Source of the DNA: Elusimicrobiota bacterium
Lineage (GTDB): Bacteria > CG03 > SLGR01 > JBDRKX01
Length of the DNA: 48,955 nucleotides
Assembly: GCA_043813605.1 (NCBI GenBank)
Contig: JBDRKX010000032.1
Span: 1 to 48,955, forward strand
Reading direction: 5' to 3'
The translations under genes and the position numbers were made by a program. Positions 38,580-48,702 of this stretch are shown here, piece after piece (within the stretch, counting starts at the first letter, position 1; every line of letters starts with the position of its first letter). The notes beneath the pieces are model-generated. The model saw only the letters and a program-made list of their open reading frames with translations. It had not been told where the DNA came from and searched no databases.

Positions 38580-39402
38580 AAGTATTCTCCAGAGTATACA
38601 CGAGTGAGAGGATGCCGACCCCTCCTTTTACAGGGGAAACTGAAGCGATTTCGGCAGTAGTCTCAAAATCTACATCGCCTTCGATACTGTCATCGATCTT
38701 TGTTGTGCCGGCGTCTATTACAGATGAGCCGGGTTTTACATGTTTTTTAGACACTAATCCGGGAACTCCGGCACAACTGACTATTATATCAGCATCATGC
38801 GTGAAATATTCAAGGGGAACTGATCTTGAATGGCATATAGTAACAGTTGCGTTTTCACGTATCAGCATAATTGCGATCGGAAGTCCTACAGCCCAACTGC
38901 GGCCTATGACTGCTGCTTTTTTTCCGCACATCTCGATACTGTAGCCTTTAAGCAGCGTCAAGACCGCTTTTGCAACAGCGGGAACAATGAAAGGATCGCC
39001 GGCCAGAAAGCGGCATCTGTTAGTAAGAGTCTGACCGTCAACATCTTTCCGGGGTTCAAGGATTGAAAGGACTTTGTCCATGTCAATGTCAGGAGGAAAC
39101 GGCTGCTGGATCAGAATGCCGTCTGTCCGGTTATCATCATTAAGAAAACTGATCTGCCCGATCAGTTCCTCGGTATCCGTTTCTTCAAGATGAATTATGT
39201 CGATCAAAAATCCGTCTTCAGTACCGGCATCTTTTGTGAGCCGGGCATAATGTAAGCTCGTGCTGTCAGTACCGATGACTACTATTTTTAACGAAGGCGC
39301 GCGGTTATCATGTAGATAGCGGGAAACATTGTCTTTTAAGCGCGCCCGGTAAACTGAAGAAATATCATTTCCCGAGAGTATTTTCAGGTTGTTGCCTGTC
39401 AT
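38545..39402 (-). CDS. folD: Divergent FolD (methylene-THF dehydrogenase/cyclohydrolase family)
   Basis: GILIQQP, KDVDG, VIGRS, NATVTICHS, GDVDF, GGVG; several motifs altered; ATG 39402 overlaps ymdB stop. Confidence 0.88.
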   Translation of the reverse strand: MTGNNLKILSGNDISSVYRARLKDNVSRYLHDNRAPSLKIVVIGTDSTSLHYARLTKDAGTEDGFLIDIIHLEETDTEELIGQISFLNDDNRTDGILIQQPFPPDIDMDKVLSILEPRKDVDGQTLTNRCRFLAGDPFIVPAVAKAVLTLLKGYSIEMCGKKAAVIGRSWAVGLPIAIMLIRENATVTICHSRSVPLEYFTHDADIIVSCAGVPGLVSKKHVKPGSSVIDAGTTKIDDSIEGDVDFETTAEIASVSPVKGGVGILSLVYTLENTYELYRKNIHCN

Positions 39403-40166
39403 GCCTTGATGCGTATCGGTTTTATGTCGATGCATCGGATTTTTTCATTATCAGCGGTTACAAGCACACCTTCGATATAAACATCACCCGTAGAGTATTT
39501 ATAGCCAAAAGGCAGACCAGTTAAAAAGTGTTTTAATATCTCGTCTTTTCTGACGCCTATTACACCGCTTTTTGAACCTGTCATACCTGCATCTGTTATA
39601 TAACCGGTTCCCATGGGCAGTATCCTGGCATCTGAAGTCTGAACGTGTGTATGAGTGCCTATCAGGGCAGTAACTCTCCCGTCAAGGAACCATGACATCG
39701 CTATTTTTTCTGAAGTTGCTTCAGCATGAAAATCTACTATGATAATATCCGCCTTTGCATGCTCAAGAATACGCTCTGCGACTGTGAAGGGAGAATCAAG
39801 CGCGTCCATAAAAACCCGGCCCTGTAAGTTGAGTACACCTATCACTATATCATTGACCATATAGGTATCATATCCGCACCCCGGGTTTATATCAGGATAA
39901 TTTGCGGGCCTGAGCAGTTCTTTCCTGTCTATGATATTCAGGACTTCCTTCCTTTTCCAGATATGATTCCCGCCTGTCAAGACATCGATACCGGCAGACA
40001 TGAGTTCTTTCATGTTCGACTCTGTTATCCCGAAACCTCCGGCAGAATTTTCAGCATTCGCTATTACAAAATCAACATTATATTGTTCTTTAAGCGATCC
40101 GAGATGGCTTACGAGGGCTTCCCTCCCGGGTTTTGCGACGATGTCTCCTATAAATAAAATATTCAT
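39399..40166 (-). CDS. ymdB: YmdB/TIGR00282 metallophosphoesterase
   Basis: ILFIGDIV, NAENSAGGFG, GNHIW, DFHAEATSEK, GTHTHVQT. Confidence 0.95.
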   Translation of the reverse strand: MNILFIGDIVAKPGREALVSHLGSLKEQYNVDFVIANAENSAGGFGITESNMKELMSAGIDVLTGGNHIWKRKEVLNIIDRKELLRPANYPDINPGCGYDTYMVNDIVIGVLNLQGRVFMDALDSPFTVAERILEHAKADIIIVDFHAEATSEKIAMSWFLDGRVTALIGTHTHVQTSDARILPMGTGYITDAGMTGSKSGVIGVRKDEILKHFLTGLPFGYKYSTGDVYIEGVLVTADNEKIRCIDIKPIRIKA

Positions 40167-40225
40167 TTATACCTGGATTAACCTCCTGTTATTAATGGTC
40201 ATGAGATCTTTTCAGAAAAAAAAGA

Positions 40226-41766
40226 TTATTTTGCTATTTCAGTATTCCTGAGACTGCGGATAACAGTAACCCTTATTTCTCCCGGATATTCGATCTCTTC
40301 TTCAATTTTCTTTGCACATAATTTGGCGATATTGGCGGCATCAAGGTCGTTGATCTTGCTCGGTTCGACAATGATCCTCACTTCTCTTCCGGCTGAGATA
40401 CAGTATGCGTCCTTTATACCGTCGAATTTTTTTGCGATCTCTTCGATCTCTTCTATGCGTTTTACATAATTCTCAAGGTGTTCACGCCTTGCCCCGGGCC
40501 TTGACGCTGATATCGTATCGGCAGCCTGTACCAGAATTGCTTCAGCCGTTTGGGCTTCTACATCTTCGTGATGACTTAAGATGGCATTCTGCACCCTGTC
40601 GCTTTCACCGTATTTCTTAGCCAGTTTTGCGCCGATCTCGACATGGTTGCCTTCCATCTCCCTGTCTACGGCTTTTCCTATGTCATGAAGGAAACCGGCT
40701 CTTTTGGCAAAGGCGCTGTCTACACCCATCTCATCTGCCATTATCCCTGCAAGCATGGCTACTGAAATAGTGTGTTCGAGAACATTCTGTCCGTATGATG
40801 TCCTGTACTTCAGTTTACCGATTATCTTTATAAGTTCATCATGTAAACCGACAACTCCTGTTTCAAGTACTGCTTCCTCACCGGCTTTTTTTATGACCTC
40901 TTCCATTTCGCTTTGGACTTTTGCGGCAACTTCTTCTATGCGTGCCGGCTGTATCCTACCGTCTTTTATCAAAAGAGAGATCGTACGTTTTGCAATTTCT
41001 CTTCTGACGCCGTCAAATGAAGAAATGGTTATAACTCCGGGGGTGTGTCATCGATAATAAGGTTTACTCCCGTAGCCTGTTCAATGGCCCGGATATTCCT
41101 TCCTTCGCGGCCGATTATGCGCCCTTTCATGTCTTCATCAGGGATGGATACGGATGACACAGTCAGTTCCTGGGTGACTTCAGAAGCGTTGCGCTGTACC
41201 GCTTGCGCTACAATCTCTACCGATTCCCTTTGTGCGTCCCGCCTGGCGTTATCGACTATTCTTTTGTACATTGTCTGCGCATCTTCTTTTGCTTCTTCTT
41301 CCACTCTTTTCATGAGCTGTTCCCTGGCTTCCCGCGGCGACATCCTTGCTATCTTCTGAAGTTCCGATTGTTCACGATTACGTATTTCGGTTATCTCACG
41401 GTCTTTTTCTTCCAGTTTCCTGTTTGTCTCATTCAGAGTCTTTTCTCTTTGAAGTATTTCAGCATCCTTCTTTTCGATTATATCAGCTTTTTTATCCAGG
41501 TTCCTGCTCTTATCATCGATCTCCTTCTTTTTCGTTTGAAGCTCTTCCTTGGTGTTTTTTATACTGTTTTCAATCTCTTCTTTAACTTTGGTGACGGCCT
41601 CATTTTTTTCAAGCTCTTTTTGATGGAGCTTGAGGTTGTACTCATTATGCAGGGCTTTAATCTGTTCCCCGTGCGATATCTTGTTGGTTTTGAGCTGCCT
41701 GTTTGATATAATGTACAAAAGAATGAATCCTACTGATAATCCTCCTGCGATATATGCAATAATCAT
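40226..41766 (-). pseudogene. rny: Ribonuclease Y, split by a 2-nt insertion near 41039-41048 (true lesion or sequence error)
   Basis: 5' ORF has TM, coiled coil and KH start ([14 protein letters not shown]...DDTP); other frame resumes [14 protein letters not shown]...DGRIQP...RTSYGQN...LHDIGK. Confidence 0.9.
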
Positions 41767-41768
41767 TT

Positions 41769-42368
41769 TTATTTTCCTCCTTTTTGTTTTTTCGGCCCAG
41801 AAACAGAAATATTGCTCCGGTTCATGCCTTCTTCTGTAATAACTTCGTGTACGTGTTTATCATTTAAGCCGTTGGGAATGTGGTTTTCCAACTGGCAGTT
41901 GTAACATAGGCCGATCAGGTGAGTTCCGGCACGCAGCTTATCGATGAAACGGTCGTAATAACCGCCGCCTCGGCCCAGTCTGGTTCCTTTTTTTGTAAAA
42001 GAGACTCCCGGTATGATCACAACATCGAGTAATTCAGGATCTGCGAATAACCTTTTTTCGGGATCGGGTTCGGGTATGCCGAATCTTCCCGGATGAAGTT
42101 GAGTTCCGGTATCTATTTCTACCGGCAGCAGATCCGTTTCGGATATCACGGGCAAATAGACTCTCTTGCCTGCTGAAAGCAGGCAGTCTATTATCCGGGA
42201 TGTATCTACTTCGCCATTGACAGATACATACAGCATGATATTTCTATTTCCTGTTATGCACGGATGGCTTTTAAGTTTTTTATAGATAATACTATCAGCC
42301 ATGTGCCGTTTTTCAGGATCTATTTTTATCCTCCTTTGTTTATGCTTTTTTCGCAAATATTCTTTCAT
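41769..42368 (-). CDS. ygfA: 5-formyltetrahydrofolate cyclo-ligase
   Basis: [29 protein letters not shown]. Confidence 0.95.
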   Translation of the reverse strand: MKEYLRKKHKQRRIKIDPEKRHMADSIIYKKLKSHPCITGNRNIMLYVSVNGEVDTSRIIDCLLSAGKRVYLPVISETDLLPVEIDTGTQLHPGRFGIPEPDPEKRLFADPELLDVVIIPGVSFTKKGTRLGRGGGYYDRFIDKLRAGTHLIGLCYNCQLENHIPNGLNDKHVHEVITEEGMNRSNISVSGPKKQKGGK

Positions 42369-43630
42369 TTCAAGGCTTTGATAAAATCAAGGTATTCAGC
42401 TATTATTTTTTCATACCCCCTGTTAACGGGTTTATAGAATTCTTCTTTGTGTTCCATATATGTCTGTTTTACATAACCATGCTTATAATCATGCGGGTAC
42501 TTATAATCGGAACTGCCCGCCTTTGTAAGGTGACGGGGCACAGCACTGCTTTCGTTCTTCTCAATGAATGCCATAGCACTGTTGATAGCCGCGTAAGAGG
42601 CGTTGCTTTTGGGCGCAGTAGCAAGATATATGGCGGTCTGTGCGAGAATAATGCGTGCTTCAGGCATGCCTATATATTCGACGGCTCTCAGCGCCGAATC
42701 AGCTAATATCAGTGCCCTGGGATCAGCGTTTCCTATATCTTCGGAAGCGGATATGGCCATTCTTCGGGCTATGAATCTGGGGTCTTCTCCGCCTGCCAGC
42801 ATGACGGCAAGATAAAATACAGCGGCATCCGGTTCGGAACCTCTTATGCTTTTAATAAAAGCCGATATCGTTTCATAGTGGCGGTCACCTGTCCTGTCAT
42901 AACAGAATTTTTTTTCTCCGATACTCTTTTCAACTTCCTGGATATCTATGAAGAGTCCCTTTTCAGAGTTTTCGGCAATAAGCGCCGAGGTTTCAAGTAT
43001 ATTGAGGGCATAGCGCGCATCTCCACCTGCTGATCTGGTGATCATGAGCAGTGCCTCATCCGTTATTGTGATATTGCCCAGGCCAGTTCTATCGTCATCA
43101 GCAGCATTAAGCAGTATTGTCCTCAGTTCCTGATCGGAGAGAGCGTTGAACCTGAATACTCTTGCCCTGGATAAGAGCGGCCCGGATATAAAATAGAACG
43201 GGTTCTCCGTTGTTATGCCGATCAGAGTAACTGTGCCTTCTTCGACGTCAGGAAGCAGTGCTTCCTGCTGGTTTCTGGAAAACCTGTGGATCTCGTCTAT
43301 TATTAGAACTGTTTTTTCAAGGCTTCCCAGCCCGGAGTGGGCTTTCTTCAGGACATCTCTTATCTCTTTGACACTTGAATTGACGGCATTGAGTTTTTCT
43401 ATACGCGCATTAAGTGTATTTGAGATGATACCTGCAAGTGCTGTTTTACCTGAACCGGGGGGGCCGAACAGGATAAGCGAGAATATCCTGCCGGTTTCTA
43501 TCATTCTTTTCAGCTGCATGCCTTCGCCAAGAAGATGCTGCTGTCCTACAAAAGAATCAAGGGATGCAGGCCTCAGCCTGAAAGCAATTGGCCCGGCGCT
43601 TTTATCTATATTTTCAAATAAAGTGTCCAT
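42365..43630 (-). CDS. rarA: Replication-associated recombination protein A (MgsA/RarA)
   Basis: LRP..L..FVGQQHL, GPPGSGKT, DEIHRF, ISAFIKSIRGS, SEDIGNADP, YKYPHD. Confidence 0.96.
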   Translation of the reverse strand: MDTLFENIDKSAGPIAFRLRPASLDSFVGQQHLLGEGMQLKRMIETGRIFSLILFGPPGSGKTALAGIISNTLNARIEKLNAVNSSVKEIRDVLKKAHSGLGSLEKTVLIIDEIHRFSRNQQEALLPDVEEGTVTLIGITTENPFYFISGPLLSRARVFRFNALSDQELRTILLNAADDDRTGLGNITITDEALLMITRSAGGDARYALNILETSALIAENSEKGLFIDIQEVEKSIGEKKFCYDRTGDRHYETISAFIKSIRGSEPDAAVFYLAVMLAGGEDPRFIARRMAISASEDIGNADPRALILADSALRAVEYIGMPEARIILAQTAIYLATAPKSNASYAAINSAMAFIEKNESSAVPRHLTKAGSSDYKYPHDYKHGYVKQTYMEHKEEFYKPVNRGYEKIIAEYLDFIKALK

Positions 43631-43636
43631 AAAAAA

Positions 43637-43794
43637 GAGCCCCCGCAATGCCGCTTAAGCTCTAATTTTGAGCTCCGTTTATCAAGTTTGGTCGTCCGCC
43701 TCCGAGAAAACTAAGTTTGCCGGAGAGTCGGATTCCCATTTACTTTAGGTGTAGGCTCAAATTAGACAACACATACGAACACCGCAGGGGCGCT
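43637..43794 (-). ncRNA. ssrS: 6S RNA
   Basis: Immediately after zapA; closing stem GCCCCTGCGGTGTTCG / CGGCATTGCGGGGGC, inner stem CTAATTTGAGC / GCTCAAAATTAG, central bubbles, 3' U-run; about 160 nt. Confidence 0.85.
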
Positions 43795-43797
43795 ATA

Positions 43798-44079
43798 TTA
43801 TAGAATACTGTCAATACGGGAACTAAGCTTGTTTATCTCATCTTCTACAAACTTGTTGCTCCCGGTCTTCTTCTCTTCAAGTTGCAGCATCTTATCAAGT
43901 ATCTTCAGTGAAGCAAGAATTATCAGCTTGTAATTATCTACAAGCCCGGTTTCTTTCTCTATTATACTTATCTTATCGTCGAGCAACTCTCCAAGTTTCT
44001 TTATATATAACGGTTGCCATTCATCACTGGCAATATTATACTCTCTTCTGCAAATGCGTATTTGTGTTATCTCAGTCAT
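43798..44079 (-). CDS. zapA: Cell division protein ZapA
   Basis: 'IRICRREYNI...KLIILASLKI' and pheT-zapB-zapA-6S synteny. Confidence 0.8.
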   Translation of the reverse strand: MTEITQIRICRREYNIASDEWQPLYIKKLGELLDDKISIIEKETGLVDNYKLIILASLKILDKMLQLEEKKTGSNKFVEDEINKLSSRIDSIL

Positions 44080-44330
44080 CCTATACCTTTTACCTCGTCA
44101 AATATTTTCAATATAGAGTCAATTTTGACGGTTAATTTAGATCTTTCATTTAAAAGTTTCTTATTCCTGACAACTACTTCAGGAAGTTCCTGAGTGCGTC
44201 CGGCATGAAATGTGAGGTCTTTCTCTATCTGTCCAATCTTTTCTTTCAACTGCTGGTTTTCAGTTTTCAGGTCACTGTACTTTGAAACCAGTTTTTCTAT
44301 ATTTAAACCGAGTTTGTTGAGTTTATCCAT
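44076..44330 (-). CDS. ZapB-like coiled-coil protein
   Basis: Heptads 'LKTENQQLKEKI', 'ERSKL..KIDSIL'; directly upstream of zapA. Confidence 0.65.
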   Translation of the reverse strand: MDKLNKLGLNIEKLVSKYSDLKTENQQLKEKIGQIEKDLTFHAGRTQELPEVVVRNKKLLNERSKLTVKIDSILKIFDEVKGIG

Positions 44331-44333
44331 TTA

Positions 44334-46346
44334 TTAATCAGGTCTCAGTGTTATTCCGAACACATTTTTCACTTCCGTCAATATTTTTTCTATTATACTG
44401 TCTACTTCAACGGCCGTAAGAGTTTTATCAGGTGAATTGAATTCGAGGCCGAAAGTCATGCTCTTCCTGTCTTTTCCAAGCTTTTCATCCCGATAAGTGT
44501 CTGTCAGAGTGACCTTTTTGAGAATAAAGCCGCTTTCTGTAACAATTTTATCATATACGGTTGCATATGTCAAATTGTTGGGGACCACAAGAGAAAGGTC
44601 CCTGTAGAGCGAGGGATACTGGCTCCAGGCACTGTATTTAGCATCAATAAAATTTTCATCAAAAAAAGTTTCTGTAAACAGGAATCCGCCGATAAAAGAA
44701 GAATTATCGAGCTTATATGCTTTGAGGAACTGGTTGGAAATGAGCCCGAATTGTCCGGCAAATCTGCCGCTGATGAACACCGATGCGTTTTTATTCCTGT
44801 CAAAATAATCTGATGGAGAGTTATATTCCAGGGAAAAATCCTGCCTGTATTTTTCCAGTATTGAAATTATGGCTTTTTTTGCATCATGAAAATCCTCCGA
44901 ACGGGCTGCGAACGCTACCTGTTCTTTCTCCTGAAGACTGTCAGATTCTTCAAAAAATACCGGGCCTCTCTCAAAGAATCTTATGGGCGATTGCTTGTGG
45001 TATATATTATATCTTAAGACCGGCAGCAGTCCGAACAGTATATTGGGACGGAGTATGTCCATGTTAACATTTATCGGATTATCAATTTTTACCGGAACTG
45101 TGTCGCTATCGGGATTTATGCGTTCATATATCCCGCTGCTGATAAGGGTATGCGTGACTGCCTCCCAGTATCCGGAAAACCGCAGTATCTCGTCACATAG
45201 GAGAAACTGGTCTTTAGTTTTAAGCAGTTGGGTGACTATTCGGGAAACGGGAATAGTCGGTTCGATATTATCGTATCCATAAGCCCTGGCAATTTCTTCT
45301 ATAAGGTCGATTGGCCGGGTCACATCATCTCTGAAAGACGGGATATCAGCGGTTATGAGATCTTCATCGGCATTTACGCCGAATCCCAGGGGGGAAATAT
45401 ACCCGGCGGCTTCTTTTGCTGTGATAGAGGTGCCGAGAACGCTGTTGATCTTCTGAATACTTACAGATATCTGTGTCTTATCTGACGGGATGTTGTCTAT
45501 ACATATTATGCCCGGCGCAGCTTTTCCCGAACAGTATTTTTCAATAAGGAAAACAACCCTGTCCAATGCCATCTTAACTCCTCCGGGATCTACTGTCCTT
45601 GAAAACCTGTAGGATGCTTCGGTTTTGAGTCCGAGTCGCCGCTCTGTTTTTGAGATGCTCCGCGGTGAGAAAAAAGCACTTTCAATAAGAATGTTCCTGG
45701 TCTGTCCAGTAACCGAAGACTCTTCACCGCCTATAACACCTCCGATTGCTATTGCGTCAGTAGAGTCAGCTATTATTATGTCTTCTTTGTCCAGCTGTCT
45801 GATCTCACCGTCCAGTGTCCGGATCTTTTCTCCTTTACCACCCGGGCGGACCTTTATACATCCTTCATTTATCTTGTCTGCGTCAAAAGCATGAAGCGGT
45901 TGGCCTAATTCCAGAAGCACATAATTAGTGATGTCTATAACGTTATTGAGCGGCCGCAGACCGCATAATTCAAGTCTTTGCCTGATCCATTCCGGTGATT
46001 CTTCAATGGAGACATCACGGATAAATTTAAGGTAGTAAGCAGGACATTTTTCCGGGATCTCTATATCAAGTTTATAAAGTTCAGAAGCATGCGTGCCTGA
46101 TTCAGAATATTCTGTTTCCGGGAGTTTAATCCCGCTTTTGAAATACGCGGAAAGTTCCCTGGCCACTCCTATGACTGATGCACAATCTCCCCTGTTAGGA
46201 GTAAGTTCTATCTCGATCACCGTTCGTCCATTATGTTCTGAAATGGAGTCTACCTCAAGTCCGCGCATTGTCAGTATGGCCGCGATTTCTTCGGGAGATG
46301 CTTCGAATTCTATGAATTCTTTCAGCCAGTCTATCGGGATCTTCAT
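44334..46346 (-). CDS. pheT: Phenylalanine--tRNA ligase beta subunit (no B2 OB domain)
   Basis: TPNRGDC, DITNYVLLELGQPLHAFD, DLIEEIAR.YGY, RDLSLVV anticodon-binding domain. Confidence 0.96.
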   Translation of the reverse strand: MKIPIDWLKEFIEFEASPEEIAAILTMRGLEVDSISEHNGRTVIEIELTPNRGDCASVIGVARELSAYFKSGIKLPETEYSESGTHASELYKLDIEIPEKCPAYYLKFIRDVSIEESPEWIRQRLELCGLRPLNNVIDITNYVLLELGQPLHAFDADKINEGCIKVRPGGKGEKIRTLDGEIRQLDKEDIIIADSTDAIAIGGVIGGEESSVTGQTRNILIESAFFSPRSISKTERRLGLKTEASYRFSRTVDPGGVKMALDRVVFLIEKYCSGKAAPGIICIDNIPSDKTQISVSIQKINSVLGTSITAKEAAGYISPLGFGVNADEDLITADIPSFRDDVTRPIDLIEEIARAYGYDNIEPTIPVSRIVTQLLKTKDQFLLCDEILRFSGYWEAVTHTLISSGIYERINPDSDTVPVKIDNPINVNMDILRPNILFGLLPVLRYNIYHKQSPIRFFERGPVFFEESDSLQEKEQVAFAARSEDFHDAKKAIISILEKYRQDFSLEYNSPSDYFDRNKNASVFISGRFAGQFGLISNQFLKAYKLDNSSFIGGFLFTETFFDENFIDAKYSAWSQYPSLYRDLSLVVPNNLTYATVYDKIVTESGFILKKVTLTDTYRDEKLGKDRKSMTFGLEFNSPDKTLTAVEVDSIIEKILTEVKNVFGITLRPD

Positions 46347-47362
46347 CAGAACTGCTCCAGAAATCTCAGGTCGTTCTGGTAGAAAAGACGCATGTCTGTA
46401 ATATTATATTTCAGCATAGCTATTCTCTCCACGCCCATTCCAAAAGCAAATCCCTGCCATTCCTGCGCGTTGATACCGCAATGTCCGAATACCTCAGGGT
46501 CGACCATACCCGCGCCCAGTATCTCAAGCCATCCTTTACCCGAACACGAAGGACATCCTTTCCCCTTGCAGAGGCCGCATGCGATATCCATTTCGGCAGA
46601 AGGTTCTGTGAACGGGAAAAAACTAGGTCTGAACCTCGTTGTTGTATCTTCTGAGAAAATGCGTGAGGCAAATTCGTCAAGTATTCCTTTAAGGTCGGCA
46701 AAAGAGATGTCCTTGTCAACCATCAGTCCTTCGACCTGATGAAAAACAGGTGAATGAGAAGCGTCGATCGTGTCACGCCTGTAGCATTTCCCCGGCGCTA
46801 CGAATTTATAAGGGGGGCTGTACATATTCATCATCCTGATCTGGACCGGAGACGTGTGCGTCCTCATGAGCATGCCTTCCTTCTTTAAGTACAGGGTATC
46901 ATGCATATCCCGTGCCGGGTGGTCTTCGGGGAAATTAAGGGCAGTGAAGTTGTTGTAATTTGTCTCGATCTCAGGGCCGTATGCGACATCAAAACCCATA
47001 GCGGAAAATATATCAACGATCTCACGCTGAACCTTGTTTATCGGATGGGTGCCGGGAATGCCGTAATCCTGTATGGGTAATGTGGGATCAAAGGAAATAT
47101 CTTTCCGAAGCATTTCAGAGAATTCAGCCTCCCTCTCTTTTACCAGTGTATCAAGAGAGGATTTAAGATCATTCAGTTTTTTGCCCCACAAGGGTTTCTC
47201 CTTTTTTGATAGAGTACTCATCTCCCGGAAAAGAAGAGCTATCTGTCCGCTCCGGCCAAGGTAGCGCGCTTTTATTTCCCTGAGTGAGTCAGGATCAGAA
47301 CATGAGCGGATATCACTTGAGGCATTATTCTCAATATCTGCATATTTTTTTGTAATCATCAT
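46346..47362 (-). CDS. pheS: Phenylalanine--tRNA ligase alpha subunit
   Basis: HPARDMHDT, RTHTSPVQ, FHQVEG, FPFTEPS, GFAFGMGVER. Confidence 0.99.
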   Translation of the reverse strand: MMITKKYADIENNASSDIRSCSDPDSLREIKARYLGRSGQIALLFREMSTLSKKEKPLWGKKLNDLKSSLDTLVKEREAEFSEMLRKDISFDPTLPIQDYGIPGTHPINKVQREIVDIFSAMGFDVAYGPEIETNYNNFTALNFPEDHPARDMHDTLYLKKEGMLMRTHTSPVQIRMMNMYSPPYKFVAPGKCYRRDTIDASHSPVFHQVEGLMVDKDISFADLKGILDEFASRIFSEDTTTRFRPSFFPFTEPSAEMDIACGLCKGKGCPSCSGKGWLEILGAGMVDPEVFGHCGINAQEWQGFAFGMGVERIAMLKYNITDMRLFYQNDLRFLEQF

Positions 47363-47428
47363 ATTTTTGCCGTCAAAAAATAAAGAATCCCGTTTAAGAC
47401 CGGTTTCGCGGCCTGTACATATAATATT

Positions 47429-47457
47429 ATTTTAAGAATAAATAAAGAAATATTCAA
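47429..47457 (-). promoter_or_regulatory. Putative pheS promoter
   Basis: TTGAAT 47457-47452, 17 nt spacer, TAAAAT 47434-47429. Confidence 0.5.
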
Positions 47458-47585
47458 GCCCGAGGGGTTCTCAACAGTAATATATAAAGGATAATTTCAG
47501 AATGTGAACTGCTTAAATGCAGAAATCCCTAAAATCGGCCGATTCTTTTTTCGGGAAAGTTTTTCTTAGTGAAATGAACCGGGTA

Positions 47586-47933
47586 CTATTTTTTCTGTGC
47601 AAGAGATACTAGTTGGGTGAAAGCTGCTTCATCATTCAGTGCGATCTCCTGCAGCAGTTTGCGGTTTATAAGAATATCGGATTTTCTTAAACCTGAGATA
47701 AACCTGGAATAGCTCAGTCCATGTGACTTGCATGCCACATTAACTCTCGTTATCCAAAGCTTGCGCATCTCCCTTTTCTTTCTTTTCCGGTCTCTTGTGG
47801 AATATTGTAGGCTTTTTTCTACCTGGTTCTTTGCTGTTCTGTATCTATGGCTTTTTGCATGAGCAAAACCTTTAGCAGCTTTAAGTATCTTTTTATGCTT
47901 TTTTCTTTTTGTTTTTCCTCTTGTTACTCTCAT
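47586..47933 (-). CDS. rplT: 50S ribosomal protein L20
   Basis: KKILKAAKG, RDRKRKKREMRKLWITRVN, SYSRFI. Confidence 0.98.
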   Translation of the reverse strand: MRVTRGKTKRKKHKKILKAAKGFAHAKSHRYRTAKNQVEKSLQYSTRDRKRKKREMRKLWITRVNVACKSHGLSYSRFISGLRKSDILINRKLLQEIALNDEAAFTQLVSLAQKK

Positions 47934-47935
47934 GA

Positions 47936-48133
47936 TTATTTGTTTAGTGCTTTCACCAACCGCTTTGTATCACAGGATTCCACTATTGCGGATTTCCTGA
48001 GCTTCCTGCGCTGTTTCGGAGTTTTCTTGCTAAGAAGATGAGCGGCACCTGAATGCCCTCTTTTTACTTTACCTCCTCCGGTAATCCTAAACCTTTTTTT
48101 TGAACCCGAATGTGTTTTCTTCCTGACTTTCAT
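47936..48133 (-). CDS. rpmI: 50S ribosomal protein L35
   Basis: KTHSGSKKRFRITGGGKVKR...HLL.KK. Confidence 0.97.
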   Translation of the reverse strand: MKVRKKTHSGSKKRFRITGGGKVKRGHSGAAHLLSKKTPKQRRKLRKSAIVESCDTKRLVKALNK

Positions 48134-48666
48134 TATTTATGGTCCCCTGCCTTTGCCGTAATCGGTGTAAGCAGCACAGTCATGTAATAACCTTCATAAA
48201 ACGGTTTACTCTGGCATACAGCCGCATCTTTAAGTTCGGTAATGATCGCTTCCAGTATCGCCCGGCCGACTTCCAGGTGCTCCTTCTGCCTGCCCTTGAA
48301 TCTCATATTAACCTTGACATTATGCCCGTCGTCAAGAAATTTCTTTATCCTTTCAAATTTTATCTTAAGATCATGCTTCCCGATATTCGGTGAAAGCCTG
48401 ATCTGTTTCAGATGGACTGTCTTGGATTTCTTCTTATTCTCTTTCTCTTTCTTTTTCAACGAGTAGAAATAGTGGCTGTAATCCATTATTTTACAGACCG
48501 GAGGTTTGGCTTCAGGTGCAACTTCAACAAGATCAAGCCCGCGGTCCCGAGCTTTATCAAGGGCATCCTGCAAAGATACAATCCCGCTGTTATTCCCCGT
48601 GTCATCTATCAGCCTGACTTGTGCAGTCCGTATCTGCTGATTGATTCGAAGTTTAATTGATTTTAC
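48133..48666 (-). CDS. infC: Translation initiation factor IF-3, non-canonical start (GTA 48666 or ATT 48657)
   Basis: Frame extends upstream of the track's TTG: VKSIKLRINQQIRTAQVRLIDDTG...LDLVEVAPEAKPPVCKIMDY; AGGAGGT at 48680-48674. Confidence 0.95.
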   Translation of the reverse strand, partial: VKSIKLRINQQIRTAQVRLIDDTGNNSGIVSLQDALDKARDRGLDLVEVAPEAKPPVCKIMDYSHYFYSLKKKEKENKKKSKTVHLKQIRLSPNIGKHDLKIKFERIKKFLDDGHNVKVNMRFKGRQKEHLEVGRAILEAIITELKDAAVCQSKPFYEGYYMTVLLTPITAKAGDHK

Positions 48667-48702
48667 TGTGCCTACCTCCTCTGATAATTAAATTGATTAT
48701 GA

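Noticed and set aside
47363..47585. T-box or Phe-rich attenuator peptide upstream of pheS; palindrome AATCGGCCGATT at 47533-47544
   Set aside because: No T-box consensus and no Phe-rich leader ORF; the palindrome occurs once and may just be part of a weak rplT terminator
5143..48660. Many 60-270 aa ORFs overlapping assigned genes (e.g. 5229-6041, 7613-8221, 18720-19394, 20544-21209, 26511-27098)
   Set aside because: They lie antisense or out of frame to clearly conserved genes and have shadow-like composition
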